Positions 29,170-38,276 of a DNA stretch of 64,000 bases are shown piece by piece. The stretch spans positions 144,021 through 208,020 of the forward strand of contig MHLM01000001.1 in NCBI GenBank assembly GCA_001821395.1, in the 5' to 3' direction. Each line of letters opens with the position of its first letter. Position 1 is the stretch's first letter. Below the pieces are notes generated by a model. That model saw only the letters and a list, made by a program, of their open reading frames with translations. It had not been told where the DNA came from and did no database searches. The DNA is from Candidatus Lloydbacteria bacterium RIFCSPHIGHO2_02_FULL_50_18. GTDB taxonomy: Bacteria; Patescibacteriota; Minisyncoccia; Phycocordibacterales; UBA6899. The position numbers were made by a program, and so were the translations under genes.

Positions 29170-29503
29170 AATTCGTTACTCTTTCGCCATTGAAGATATA
29201 TCATAAAATGATGGTTTTTAAAAAAATATTTTGTAAACACTTTCCAAAAAATCACCACCAACACAACCAACGATGAACCACCACCACCCGGCTTACGCCG
29301 CAAAGTATTGTAGGGCGAATAAAAGCTAAGGCCGTGGTGAATTCACCAAGCCCGAAAAAAATTAACCCCTTGCTCATTTTAGCCCAAAATATTTCGTATT
29401 TTGTTTCTAATCTTGTATCTCTTGTTCGTATTGTACCATATTTTTCCAAGTCAAAGACAAAATCGCCAATATTGAATTAGCCGCTTACCTCCTCTCAAAA
29501 CCC

Positions 29504-29531
29504 TTGACTTTTCCCCTATTTTTGCTATAAT
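29504..29531 (+). promoter_or_regulatory. Near-consensus sigma70 promoter: TTGACT, 16-nt spacer, TATAAT. A second TTGACA sits at 29566. RBS AGGAG at 29590, ATG at 29600.
   Basis: Hexamers read in the intergenic region upstream of the 328-aa gene. Confidence 0.55.
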
Positions 29532-29599
29532 GCTGACAGATATTTTCGTACTATCCGTAAGGGTAGATTGACACTTTCATAGTTTTTTTAGGAGCTACC

Positions 29600-30586
29600 A
29601 TGACTATTTCTGAAAGCACCTTAGACAAGGTCGGCGCAATGGGCGCTGCATTCTCTCTCATTGACCTCATTCGCGGGTTCAGCCATGGAGGCGTTCACGT
29701 CGGCGGAGGCACGGGCGGAGTAGGTTTTCTTACTTCTCTTCTCACTGTGCTCGTCAGAGTATGGGAAGAAAAAGGCGGGAGCATGAAAGACGAAAGCGAA
29801 ATGCTCGAGTCAATGTTTGCAAACCCGCAAGCAAAGAATGAAAAACTCACACCGCAGGAACGTACCAAGATCGCGGCCGTCATCAAGGCGATGACTCCGG
29901 CAGAGCAGAAAGTGTTCCGCATCGCAATTTTTGTGATGGACCCCGATGTGACGACGATCGAAGTACCGGAGAAAAAAGACAAGGACGGCAAAGTCATCGC
30001 TGTAGCCGGAAAACGAACCGAAAAAACGGGAATTGATCCTCGGGTCAATGTCCTGCACGGTATCGCCGAGCACGTCCATGACAACCTCGATAACGTCACC
30101 GAAGTGGCCGAATTACTTCGCGGTACGGGGGCGCTGGGTGGAAACAACGAGGCACTTAAGTTTCTCGTCAAGGTACAAGTAGAGCTCAAAAAGCTTCTTT
30201 GCACGTTCTTCGGGGTCGAATCCGTCGATCTTATCACCTTCGACATGGTCAAAGAAAAGGCAACCGTGCTCATCGGAAATATCGGTGTGCCGAATGCCAA
30301 TTTGCCGGGACCTCCGGTCGGTCCGCTCATGCGAGTGGGTCGCCTCATCACGCCGGGGAGTTATCGCAATGCTCCTGCATCGAAAAGCGTGAAGTCCAAG
30401 AAAGAGGTAAGGTCGACGAGCCTGCTGAAGATGTTTGCAGTGGTAGCATGTATCACCGGCATCCTCGCTTACGGCTTGTACTTCGGAGCTTCAAAGTACC
30501 GAGCGTACCAAAGAGATACTGAGATTGACAACATCATCAACGCGTATCAACCGACCAAAACGTCGGCTGAGCAGCCGATGAAATAG
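29600..30586 (+). CDS. Hypothetical protein, 328 aa. Gly-rich N-terminus (GGVHVGGGTGGVGF), C-terminal TM anchor.
   Basis: ORF with strong promoter and RBS. Confidence 0.55.
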   Translation: MTISESTLDKVGAMGAAFSLIDLIRGFSHGGVHVGGGTGGVGFLTSLLTVLVRVWEEKGGSMKDESEMLESMFANPQAKNEKLTPQERTKIAAVIKAMTPAEQKVFRIAIFVMDPDVTTIEVPEKKDKDGKVIAVAGKRTEKTGIDPRVNVLHGIAEHVHDNLDNVTEVAELLRGTGALGGNNEALKFLVKVQVELKKLLCTFFGVESVDLITFDMVKEKATVLIGNIGVPNANLPGPPVGPLMRVGRLITPGSYRNAPASKSVKSKKEVRSTSLLKMFAVVACITGILAYGLYFGASKYRAYQRDTEIDNIINAYQPTKTSAEQPMK

Positions 30587-30604
30587 GTCTCAAGGAGAAA
30601 TCTC

Positions 30605-32227
30605 ATGAGTTTATGGAAAAAAGCAGGCTACGGCCTTTTGGGAATTTCGGCCATTCTCGGTCGAAGGACCCTCTCGTCCGCATACGACCGCCAGATCGAG
30701 GGCATTACCGACGCGCATATCAAATATGTCGGCGGCGCAATGCTCTTCGGAGTTTGCGGTCTCGTGCTTAACTTCATCTTTTTGATGAATGGGATGCACG
30801 GCATGCAAACAGCGCTCTTCGGAGTTATCTGTCTTGCGTCACTGTATTACATGATCGCGCCAAAAATGAGCATTCCGCTCATCATCGCGGCCGCAGCGGT
30901 TCATGCCGGAGAGGCGAAAGATCAAGCGAAGCTCAAACTGCTCGGCGACGGAGTGAAAGACATTGTCAATCTGGCAAGTCTGGCACTCTTTTGGATCGGT
31001 GTGTACATCGTCGGAACGATCATTGCCCCATGGGACTTGAGTTGGGAATTCTTTCTTTTCCTTCACATGTTCATCATCATGGCACTACTGCTCTTTGTGA
31101 GCGGCAAGGCATCGGTCAGCACGAAAGTGTACGATAATTGCTTCAAGTTCACCATTGCTGTGATCGTTGTCAGCGTACTCACGATCGCAATCGGACGTGA
31201 GCACGTAGGACCATTATGGGCGCAATTCTCCGCAAGCAAAACTTCTCGTATCGAGGCCAAGTTGAACGCAAGTTCGATTAAGACCGCAGACGAAGCGTCA
31301 GCCGAGTGGATTGAGAAGAATGTTCACATCGATAAGCGGACCGGTGAGCAATTCGTCATCGTTACCGACAAGGTCACCGGCAAACAAAAACCGGTCGCCG
31401 CACAGCCCTACATTGAGAGGGAGAAGCAACGCAGGAACGAAACCATCCGCTCGGTCACGGAAAAAGGCGGAAAGACCAATGCGACAAACACGAGACAGGA
31501 TAATAAGGGAGGTTACTTCTCTTATGAATACTGGAACGCAAAAGCGCATGAATGGTCGGAATCCTGGGGGGTACCACTCTTCGTCGGCATCATTGCAGTA
31601 TTGGCAATGGTCGTGGCACACTTCATTCCCGTCATCTGGGGAGGAAAGAAACTCTTTGGAAAGTCAGGTACTGAAACGGCAAAGGTTGTTAGTACGCCGA
31701 AGGAGTCCGGAAACGGACTTGTTGCCACATTACTCGTTGCGGGTGCTCTCGTGTATATTGGCTTTCAGTATACGCAAGGTGAACGAGGAGCAAAAGCCAA
31801 TATGGCACCGCAAACAAGCGTTGCGACATATGCCACACTAAAGAAAGGAGATGCCGGTCTGTGGATGGCCTACTGGAGTGACATGAACGGGCACTCCATT
31901 TACAGACTTCCTCAAGATAGATGGCATGGGCGAACTGTTTCGCTTTTGCCAGGCAGCTCTGTTTCGAATGTGTCCGACATCACGCTTGTTTTTGATCCTA
32001 ATGATCCAAGTACCAATATCTCATTTAACGGAGATTGCGTTGCCGGTAGCTACGATATTCAAAAAGAGTGCGTCGGATACTGGAGAACAGAAGTGGGGTC
32101 CGGTACTTTCAGGCTTGAATGGTGGGGAAGCCAGGAAACATTCCACATTGCACTGTTTCCGGGACAACTGCCGGCAAAAGGACAGGCACAAGCCATCAAG
32201 GAGATACGCTTCGTAAAAAAACAATGA
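30605..32227 (+). CDS. Hypothetical polytopic membrane protein, 540 aa. About 5-6 N-terminal TM helices, two further TMs, and a C-terminal soluble domain. No ATPase motifs.
   Basis: ORF with hydrophobic segments. Confidence 0.55.
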   Translation: MSLWKKAGYGLLGISAILGRRTLSSAYDRQIEGITDAHIKYVGGAMLFGVCGLVLNFIFLMNGMHGMQTALFGVICLASLYYMIAPKMSIPLIIAAAAVHAGEAKDQAKLKLLGDGVKDIVNLASLALFWIGVYIVGTIIAPWDLSWEFFLFLHMFIIMALLLFVSGKASVSTKVYDNCFKFTIAVIVVSVLTIAIGREHVGPLWAQFSASKTSRIEAKLNASSIKTADEASAEWIEKNVHIDKRTGEQFVIVTDKVTGKQKPVAAQPYIEREKQRRNETIRSVTEKGGKTNATNTRQDNKGGYFSYEYWNAKAHEWSESWGVPLFVGIIAVLAMVVAHFIPVIWGGKKLFGKSGTETAKVVSTPKESGNGLVATLLVAGALVYIGFQYTQGERGAKANMAPQTSVATYATLKKGDAGLWMAYWSDMNGHSIYRLPQDRWHGRTVSLLPGSSVSNVSDITLVFDPNDPSTNISFNGDCVAGSYDIQKECVGYWRTEVGSGTFRLEWWGSQETFHIALFPGQLPAKGQAQAIKEIRFVKKQ

Positions 32228-32239
32228 ACGTTCTTTTGC

Positions 32240-32275
32240 TCACAAGAGCAAAGACCAAGGCATGATTGCCTTGGT
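32240..32275. terminator. Bidirectional terminator aaagaccaaggc-atgatt-gccttggtctttttttt between convergent genes.
   Basis: Perfect 12-bp stem plus a T-run. Confidence 0.65.
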
Positions 32276-32311
32276 CTTTTTTTTAAAAAACAAAGTATTC
32301 AGACCTACGCC

Positions 32312-32668
32312 CTAAATAGGAACAGTTGTTTGAATAGTAGGCGCGGTACCCAGTCCGCCGAGCGGTGCAAGTCCCAATTCTGTTTGGATGAATCCGATGA
32401 TCGACCAGAGCGCTACAATCACAAAAATACCCACCATGCCCCATACGAGAAACATCCTCCCCTCCTGCACCGCCTTCTCATCATCGGCATGCCAAATGAA
32501 TTTTACGACACCCCAAAAAAATACCGCAACCGCACAACCCAACAGTACGGGCATGATGGTCTGCATGAGATTAATGAGATCATCCATGATGGTGATCACC
32601 GACGTCTGAGCAAGTGCAAATGTTGGTAAGAAAAAAAACGTACCGAGAATAAAAGATCGTTTAGACAT
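32312..32668 (-). CDS. Small secreted 2-TM protein, paralog 1 of 8. VirB2/TrbC pilin-like topology (signal peptide, TM1 FFWGVVKFI, loop HADDEKAVQEGR, TM2 WGMVGIFVIVALW).
   Basis: Paralog alignment by eye. Confidence 0.55.
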   Translation of the reverse strand: MSKRSFILGTFFFLPTFALAQTSVITIMDDLINLMQTIMPVLLGCAVAVFFWGVVKFIWHADDEKAVQEGRMFLVWGMVGIFVIVALWSIIGFIQTELGLAPLGGLGTAPTIQTTVPI

Positions 32669-32981
32669 AATTCATCAGCGTCATATCGCCGCCTATTGAG
32701 CTAATAAGGAATCGCATGATACCAAACACGGCAACCATGATGAACATGCCAATGATACCCCATATCATACCGAGACGCCCCTTATCGCGCATCTCCGCAT
32801 TATCCGGATTCCAGATATACGCGACCACTCCGTAGATAAAATAGACGGTCGCGAGTGCAAAGAGCAAAGCGATGATAGGATTCAAAATATACGTCGAGAT
32901 GTTGCCGACGAAAGTGAGCACCGATGCGGGAATCGGGGGCGCAGCTGCTTCTGCTACGCTTGGAAAAAAAATGTTTAACAT
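32661..32981 (-). CDS. Small secreted 2-TM protein, paralog 2 (start at MLNIFF; loop NPDNAEMRDKGR).
   Basis: Paralog alignment by eye. Confidence 0.5.
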   Translation of the reverse strand: MLNIFFPSVAEAAAPPIPASVLTFVGNISTYILNPIIALLFALATVYFIYGVVAYIWNPDNAEMRDKGRLGMIWGIIGMFIMVAVFGIMRFLISSIGGDMTLMNYV

Positions 32982-33084
32982 GAATAAATTATAGCATCTC
33001 AATAAAAATTGACTATCCGAATGAGCAAACAAAAACCCCCGAGAACATTCTCGGGGGGTTTTTGTAATCCTATTTTTATCAGGA

Positions 33085-33441
33085 CTAGACTCCAGGAACA
33101 GCAAATGCTGGTGGTGTTGACGTGGTTATTGTCCCAGTCAATCCAAGCTGAGTCTGAGCCCAACCAAGAATACCCCAGAGAGCGACCATGACAAAGATCG
33201 CAACCATACCCCAGATCATAAGCGTCTTACCCTGCTCCTTTGCGGCTTCATCGCTTGCATTAGCGATATATTTGACCAAGCCCCAAAAGAACGCAACGAC
33301 CGCAAGACCCATGAGTAATGGGATCAAAAGCGAGATAATACCCTGAACGCTGTTTACGAGATCGGCGATACCGGTGAGCACGGTTGCTGCAGAAGCAACT
33401 GCGGGACCCACAAGCATCATTCCGATGATAAATTTCTTCAT
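33085..33441 (-). CDS. Small secreted 2-TM protein, paralog 3 (start MKKFIIG, signal peptide ending ASA; loop NASDEAAKEQGK).
   Basis: Paralog alignment by eye. Confidence 0.55.
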   Translation of the reverse strand: MKKFIIGMMLVGPAVASAATVLTGIADLVNSVQGIISLLIPLLMGLAVVAFFWGLVKYIANASDEAAKEQGKTLMIWGMVAIFVMVALWGILGWAQTQLGLTGTITTSTPPAFAVPGV

Positions 33442-33615
33442 AGATTTGATAATAATTAATAAATACACCGCCAAAACTATAACTTAATGCTATCGCACAA
33501 ACCGATGTCAAGCAATAGAAAAAAAAGATACCTGTGGATTACTGTTTCCGTTACCCGGAATCACAAAAATCGACCTCTTCACATGCCTGATGATCATATT
33601 TTTGTACGATAAGAG

Positions 33616-33978
33616 CTAATGGATGCCGCCAGTCGAATCCACATAATCCGGTGCGCCTCCCGGCATAATCCCAAATGTATCAACAAGAAGAATTCGCACT
33701 ATTCCCCATACGGAGAAGAGCACGACGAACGCGATAATCCCCCAAATGATGAATTGCTTTCCTTTTTCACGTTCAACGGGATCGTTCGCATTACCGATAA
33801 ATTTTACGACGCCCCAGAAAAAGAACATGATGGCAGCGATCCAGAAAAATTGTCCGGCCTTCACCAAAATATTGTAGACAAGCACCTCGAGGTCAAAGAC
33901 GTCCGTGACTTGCGCGAAAACAAGGGATGGAGTGCCAAGAAGCGTCGCAATACCGAACTGTTTGTTTATTGTTCTCAT
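33616..33978 (-). CDS. Small secreted 2-TM protein, paralog 4 (loop NANDPVEREKGK).
   Basis: Paralog alignment by eye. Confidence 0.55.
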   Translation of the reverse strand: MRTINKQFGIATLLGTPSLVFAQVTDVFDLEVLVYNILVKAGQFFWIAAIMFFFWGVVKFIGNANDPVEREKGKQFIIWGIIAFVVLFSVWGIVRILLVDTFGIMPGGAPDYVDSTGGIH

Positions 33979-33993
33979 GAAAATAAAAAATAA

Positions 33994-34338
33994 TTATGAG
34001 GGCGTACTCAAAAAAGGAATACCGAACGAACCTCCAAAGAGTGTTGAATTCAAGATACCGATGAGTCCCCACATCCCAAGCACAACCGCGATACCGATGA
34101 TGGCCCACAGCAGATAGGGCTTGATCTCTTCGCGCCTTTTCTCATTATCTGAATTCATCATATAGAGCGCGATACCATATACGAGTCCGGCGATAAGCGC
34201 GGCAAAGAAAATGGAGATAATGTTCTTTAAGACTCCCAAGAGCAACTCGACGAAACTCTTGAAGTCCGTCGGCGTAGTAGCGGCAAAAGTAATAAGGGGG
34301 GAACAGAAGACTAGCGTCGCAAAGATGAATTTTTTCAT
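33994..34338 (-). CDS. Small secreted 2-TM protein, paralog 5 (start MKKFIFATL; loop NSDNEKRREEIK).
   Basis: Paralog alignment by eye. Confidence 0.5.
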   Translation of the reverse strand: MKKFIFATLVFCSPLITFAATTPTDFKSFVELLLGVLKNIISIFFAALIAGLVYGIALYMMNSDNEKRREEIKPYLLWAIIGIAVVLGMWGLIGILNSTLFGGSFGIPFLSTPS

Positions 34339-34345
34339 ATACATA

Positions 34346-34684
34346 TTAAAATAATATCGCCGTACCATATACCATGTCTGCGATGACTTTTGCACCAAGG
34401 ATAATGAGCCCGCCAACGAGTGTCCACGTGAGCCAGATCTTCGCCTTCGTCACCTGCGCTTCATCCCCCCCCGCGGTGACGAACTGAAAACCAGCATAAA
34501 TAATACAGCACGCGAGCGCGGGTATGCCGACCAGCTGCATGATCTCGATCAGCCAATAGATAAAATCCTGAAGCGTAAGAATTGAGGGAGCCGGATTTGA
34601 TAGCAGTGTCCATGATGCAGCAAGTGAAATTCTTGGTTGCGAGAGGGTGAGTGTGGCGAAAGATACTAAGGCTGTTTTTTTCAT
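34346..34684 (-). CDS. Small secreted 2-TM protein, paralog 6 (loop AGGDEAQVTKAK).
   Basis: Paralog alignment by eye. Confidence 0.55.
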   Translation of the reverse strand: MKKTALVSFATLTLSQPRISLAASWTLLSNPAPSILTLQDFIYWLIEIMQLVGIPALACCIIYAGFQFVTAGGDEAQVTKAKIWLTWTLVGGLIILGAKVIADMVYGTAILF

Positions 34685-34703
34685 AAAGGTATTGGGATTC
34701 AGA

Positions 34704-35063
34704 TCACAATGAGCTAATAGTCGCCTGTATCGCTGCGGCGATCACTTTCGCACCGAGCAGCACGAGTGCCCCCAACAGTGTCCACTTGAAGGTGGTACGA
34801 GCCTTCGCAATCTGCGCCTCATTGTCCCCCGCGGTCACAAAGAGAAATCCGCCATAAATGATGAACATCACAATAATGGGCACTCCGATAAGAAAAACGA
34901 GGTCGACGATAGCGAGCAGGAGATCGGGAATAGAGGTAATCCCACCGTAAGTGATCGGGTTTACATAGCTTGACGAAGCAGCAGACGCCGTATGCGTACC
35001 CATTAAAAGTCCGAGCGTTGTCAGGTTTAATGGTTTTGTTATGTAGTGTTGCATAAGTATCAT
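34704..35063 (-). CDS. Small secreted 2-TM protein, paralog 7 (loop AGDNEAQIAKAR; start uncertain).
   Basis: Paralog alignment by eye. Confidence 0.5.
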   Translation of the reverse strand: MILMQHYITKPLNLTTLGLLMGTHTASAASSSYVNPITYGGITSIPDLLLAIVDLVFLIGVPIIVMFIIYGGFLFVTAGDNEAQIAKARTTFKWTLLGALVLLGAKVIAAAIQATISSL

Positions 35064-35067
35064 GAAT

Positions 35068-35541
35068 TTATGGCCCCAAGAAATTAAATGACGATCCGGT
35101 ACCAAGGAAGAATTCGAGGATGAAATTAACAGTCACCCACGCCGCAAGTGCGATAATGAGTCCCCAGAACACATTCAAGAAAACGTCGTGCGCCTGTTTG
35201 ACTTGGCCTTCATTGCCACGATTGGTCACGTAGAGAAAACCGGCATAGGCGAACATGACCGCACCCAATGGTGCTGCGATCTTGAAAATGAGGAAATTGA
35301 TCACATTCTGCGCAGTCTCGATCACGTCGTTAAAATAACATTCCTCATGATTACCCGGGGTGGTAGCATTTGATGCCCAGACCAAGGGGCTCGGATCTTT
35401 GACCGCACCGTCTCCATTAATGTCAAATCCGCAAGGAATGATCGTTGACGGTGAAGCTGCGAATACAGAGAATGGGGTCACGAGTATCAAAACACCGAGG
35501 AATATCGCAGAAACAAATCGATGAGTGACACTGTTGTGCAT
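35068..35541 (-). CDS. Small secreted 2-TM protein, paralog 8 (longer N-terminal domain with 2 Cys; loop NRGNEGQVKQAH).
   Basis: Paralog alignment by eye. Confidence 0.5.
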   Translation of the reverse strand: MHNSVTHRFVSAIFLGVLILVTPFSVFAASPSTIIPCGFDINGDGAVKDPSPLVWASNATTPGNHEECYFNDVIETAQNVINFLIFKIAAPLGAVMFAYAGFLYVTNRGNEGQVKQAHDVFLNVFWGLIIALAAWVTVNFILEFFLGTGSSFNFLGP

Positions 35542-35556
35542 AGCAATAAGTGAAGT

Positions 35557-36876
35557 TTAGTAGCGAGACAAAGCAACGTCAAGTTCCGTGTTCAATTTTG
35601 CAACAGCCGTAGCGGTGTCATTCCTCCCTGACGAGACTGATTCGACCATCGCTTGGAATGCTTTGTCGGAAATTTCCGGCTTTGGATCAAGCCAGGTACG
35701 TGCACGAATGGCCGCTTCGAAAAATACCGCCATCGCCGCATCGGTCGGAGGAACCGCGAGCAGGTCTCTTCGAACGGGGGGCAGATTGTACGCCGCAGCA
35801 AAGTCTTTTGCGGGATTCGCATCAAAGAGCAGTTTCTGCATAGCAACAAAGGCGGTGCTTTTATTTTTGGAGGTCTTCAGCACAGCGAGACCATGCACCT
35901 TTGCAAATGTTACCTCAGCCGTCGTTCCTCGCGGTTCCGGAACCTGTGCGACCGCAAAATTCAGGTGTGGATTTTTTGCCTTGATCTCGCTATATGCACT
36001 CGCGTAATCGAAATATACCGCGAGATTTCCGTTGATGAATTCATTGCGCGAATCACTGCGCGCACGACTCCATGTAAAAATATTTTTGAGCGGATTCGAA
36101 AAATCCATAAAGAAACGGAGGGCAGAAACAACATCCTGATCGGCAACAAATTGACCGGCATCGGATTTTGCAACCATGCTCTTGGGTGTTTTCCCATTCA
36201 TCTTGACGATAGGGTTACCCACCTGAAGAAAGAGCATCGCAAGAATGTCTTTCGCATGGGTCACATTGACATACTCCCCAAATGAAATTGCGCTCTGAAC
36301 AAGTTCGGAGGTACGTACGTCGCGTTTTGTGAATTTGGGGGTAAGCGTCAAGAACTCATCCCAGAACTTGGGCACTTCGGTAACCGATGCATTGGTAAAA
36401 ATATCTCTGTTCCAATACATGACCATCGGGTCGATCGCAAACGGGAGCGCGACCAGCCCCTCATCGCGCATATATATCTCCGATGCCTGAATGAAGCTCG
36501 ATGAAAAAAGACCCGGTGAAACAGCAGTGTACGGTACCAGCTCGATCTTATCGAAATGGCGCAGAATGAGATCATCGGGCAAAAGCAGAACATCGGGGCC
36601 CGTTCCGCTTGCGAGCGCCTCAACGATATCACTATCGAAATTTTTCGGATCATGAAATTGATACGAAATACTAAAATTCTTTTTATATATATCGTTAAAT
36701 TTCTTGATCGTCTCCGAAAGACCCGCGGTGTCCTGAAAAGTACCCCATATGACGACGTTCCCCTGAGCCCCAGGAACGGTCGTGTCACCCTTTTTAGGAT
36801 CCGACGTTGCAAACACAAGAAGACCGACAACGGCCATTATTCCAAAAAAAGTAAGAAGAATCGTCTGAAATTTCAT
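35557..36876 (-). CDS. Extracellular solute-binding protein (ABC transporter SBP family 1, MalE-like), membrane-anchored.
   Basis: N-terminal TM, length and SBP-like composition. Confidence 0.6.
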   Translation of the reverse strand: MKFQTILLTFFGIMAVVGLLVFATSDPKKGDTTVPGAQGNVVIWGTFQDTAGLSETIKKFNDIYKKNFSISYQFHDPKNFDSDIVEALASGTGPDVLLLPDDLILRHFDKIELVPYTAVSPGLFSSSFIQASEIYMRDEGLVALPFAIDPMVMYWNRDIFTNASVTEVPKFWDEFLTLTPKFTKRDVRTSELVQSAISFGEYVNVTHAKDILAMLFLQVGNPIVKMNGKTPKSMVAKSDAGQFVADQDVVSALRFFMDFSNPLKNIFTWSRARSDSRNEFINGNLAVYFDYASAYSEIKAKNPHLNFAVAQVPEPRGTTAEVTFAKVHGLAVLKTSKNKSTAFVAMQKLLFDANPAKDFAAAYNLPPVRRDLLAVPPTDAAMAVFFEAAIRARTWLDPKPEISDKAFQAMVESVSSGRNDTATAVAKLNTELDVALSRY

Positions 36877-36891
36877 AGGTACAACGTAGCG

Positions 36892-37452
36892 CTATGCCCG
36901 CATCTCCGTACTATTCACCTGATAAAGACCTTTCCGAAATATAAGACCATAATGAAAATTTCCCGCATTGACTGTTTTTTCAAAGGTGAAATTCAGCGAT
37001 TCAACGAGCTTTCGCGCTTCTGTTTCAGGAAACACTTGTTCGGTCGTCGGTCCCATATTATTGAAAGACGCCGTCCAGTCGATCAGCATGAGTCTTCCAC
37101 CCTGCTTGAGTACTCGGCGTGCCTCATCCAGAACGTTTTTTTTATCGGATGCCTGAAAGAGCACGTTCGAAACAACGACGACATCGCATACCCCATCGCT
37201 CAATTTCGTCCCGCCCAAAAGTTCGACATCTCCCCAGAGAAATGAAACATTGCCGATGTGCTTTTCTTTACAGGTATTTTCGAGGCGCGTAAGCAAGTCC
37301 TTTTGCACCTCGATCGCGTACACCTTCCCTGTTCCGTGCATGGCTTCTGCCGCAGCGATTGTATATGCACCCGACCCCGCGCCAAAATCTGCAACCACCA
37401 AATTATCGGCTAACCCTAATTGTTCGATATTCTTCTCCGGTGCTGAAAACAT
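36892..37452 (-). CDS. Class I SAM-dependent methyltransferase (motif I VADFGAGSG).
   Basis: Rossmann MTase motif. Confidence 0.7.
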   Translation of the reverse strand: MFSAPEKNIEQLGLADNLVVADFGAGSGAYTIAAAEAMHGTGKVYAIEVQKDLLTRLENTCKEKHIGNVSFLWGDVELLGGTKLSDGVCDVVVVSNVLFQASDKKNVLDEARRVLKQGGRLMLIDWTASFNNMGPTTEQVFPETEARKLVESLNFTFEKTVNAGNFHYGLIFRKGLYQVNSTEMRA

Positions 37453-37541
37453 TCGTCAATTATAGCATTTTCTGAAGATATACGGGAAGCGCACAATCCC
37501 CACCTACATTGCTCCTGCTCTTTGGGGGCGTAGAACTTACC

Positions 37542-37796
37542 CTATCGATAGATATCATGAGTACCCACATCAAGATAATAGATGGCATCCTTTTCTTTTT
37601 TAATGATCACCCGATAGGTAAAGTTTGCGGAAAAGGCATACCAAGATCTGAATTTTCCATGAAGTTTGTGAAACTTCAAAGATTCAGCGTCTTTTTCTTT
37701 CTCAAATAAAGATACCGCGCGAAAGACGTCATTTTGCACTTCCTCGTCGCATTTTTTGAGTGAGCGAAGGAAGCGTGCCGTATAGAGATACAGCAT
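37542..37796 (-). CDS. Type II toxin, RelE/ParE family.
   Basis: 84-aa basic protein immediately downstream of a small antitoxin-like ORF; paralog of 48753-49028. Confidence 0.6.
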   Translation of the reverse strand: MLYLYTARFLRSLKKCDEEVQNDVFRAVSLFEKEKDAESLKFHKLHGKFRSWYAFSANFTYRVIIKKEKDAIYYLDVGTHDIYR

Positions 37797-37797
37797 A

Positions 37798-38016
37798 TTA
37801 GAATTTCTTAAATAATTTCTTCAGGTCTCCTCTATACACGCGTCCGGCCTTAATGTCCGCCTCTGCTTCGTTGAGACGGCTCAGTGCGCGCTCCTCCTGC
37901 AATCGCCCAAGCGCAAAACGCACGAGATGTGCTTTCGACTCACTCGTCCCCGCTCGTAACTCTTCTTCAATGAACGACTCCAGCTCTTTGGTGATCGGTA
38001 CGGTAATTGTTGACAT
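37798..38016 (-). CDS. Antitoxin (RHH/ParD-like), partner of the RelE/ParE toxin.
   Basis: 72-aa ORF overlapping the toxin start; paralog of 48543-48752. Confidence 0.55.
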   Translation of the reverse strand: MSTITVPITKELESFIEEELRAGTSESKAHLVRFALGRLQEERALSRLNEAEADIKAGRVYRGDLKKLFKKF

Positions 38017-38276
38017 GTACTATATCCTAGTACTATCTGATAGTACTGTCAATATCACCTTAACTTTACTTTCATTCTTCACCAAACATGAATGAAGCGA
38101 TCTGTGCGAGGAATTGGAGAATCTTTATATCGGCCAAATTATCTCAAGCTTGCAGATAGAGATGCAGTGCGAGGCAAAACAGAAATACGCAAGCAAGCCT
38201 TACTCAGAGTAAGGTGCAGCGCATATTTTTGTTTTAACAAAGCAATGCGCTCTATGTGCAAGCTTTTCTCTCCTGC

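Noticed and set aside
29600-32227. Calling the 328-aa or 540-aa proteins VirB6/VirB4-like T4SS components
   Set aside because: No Walker motifs and no recognisable VirB6 signature. The similarity is limited to being polytopic or membrane-anchored.
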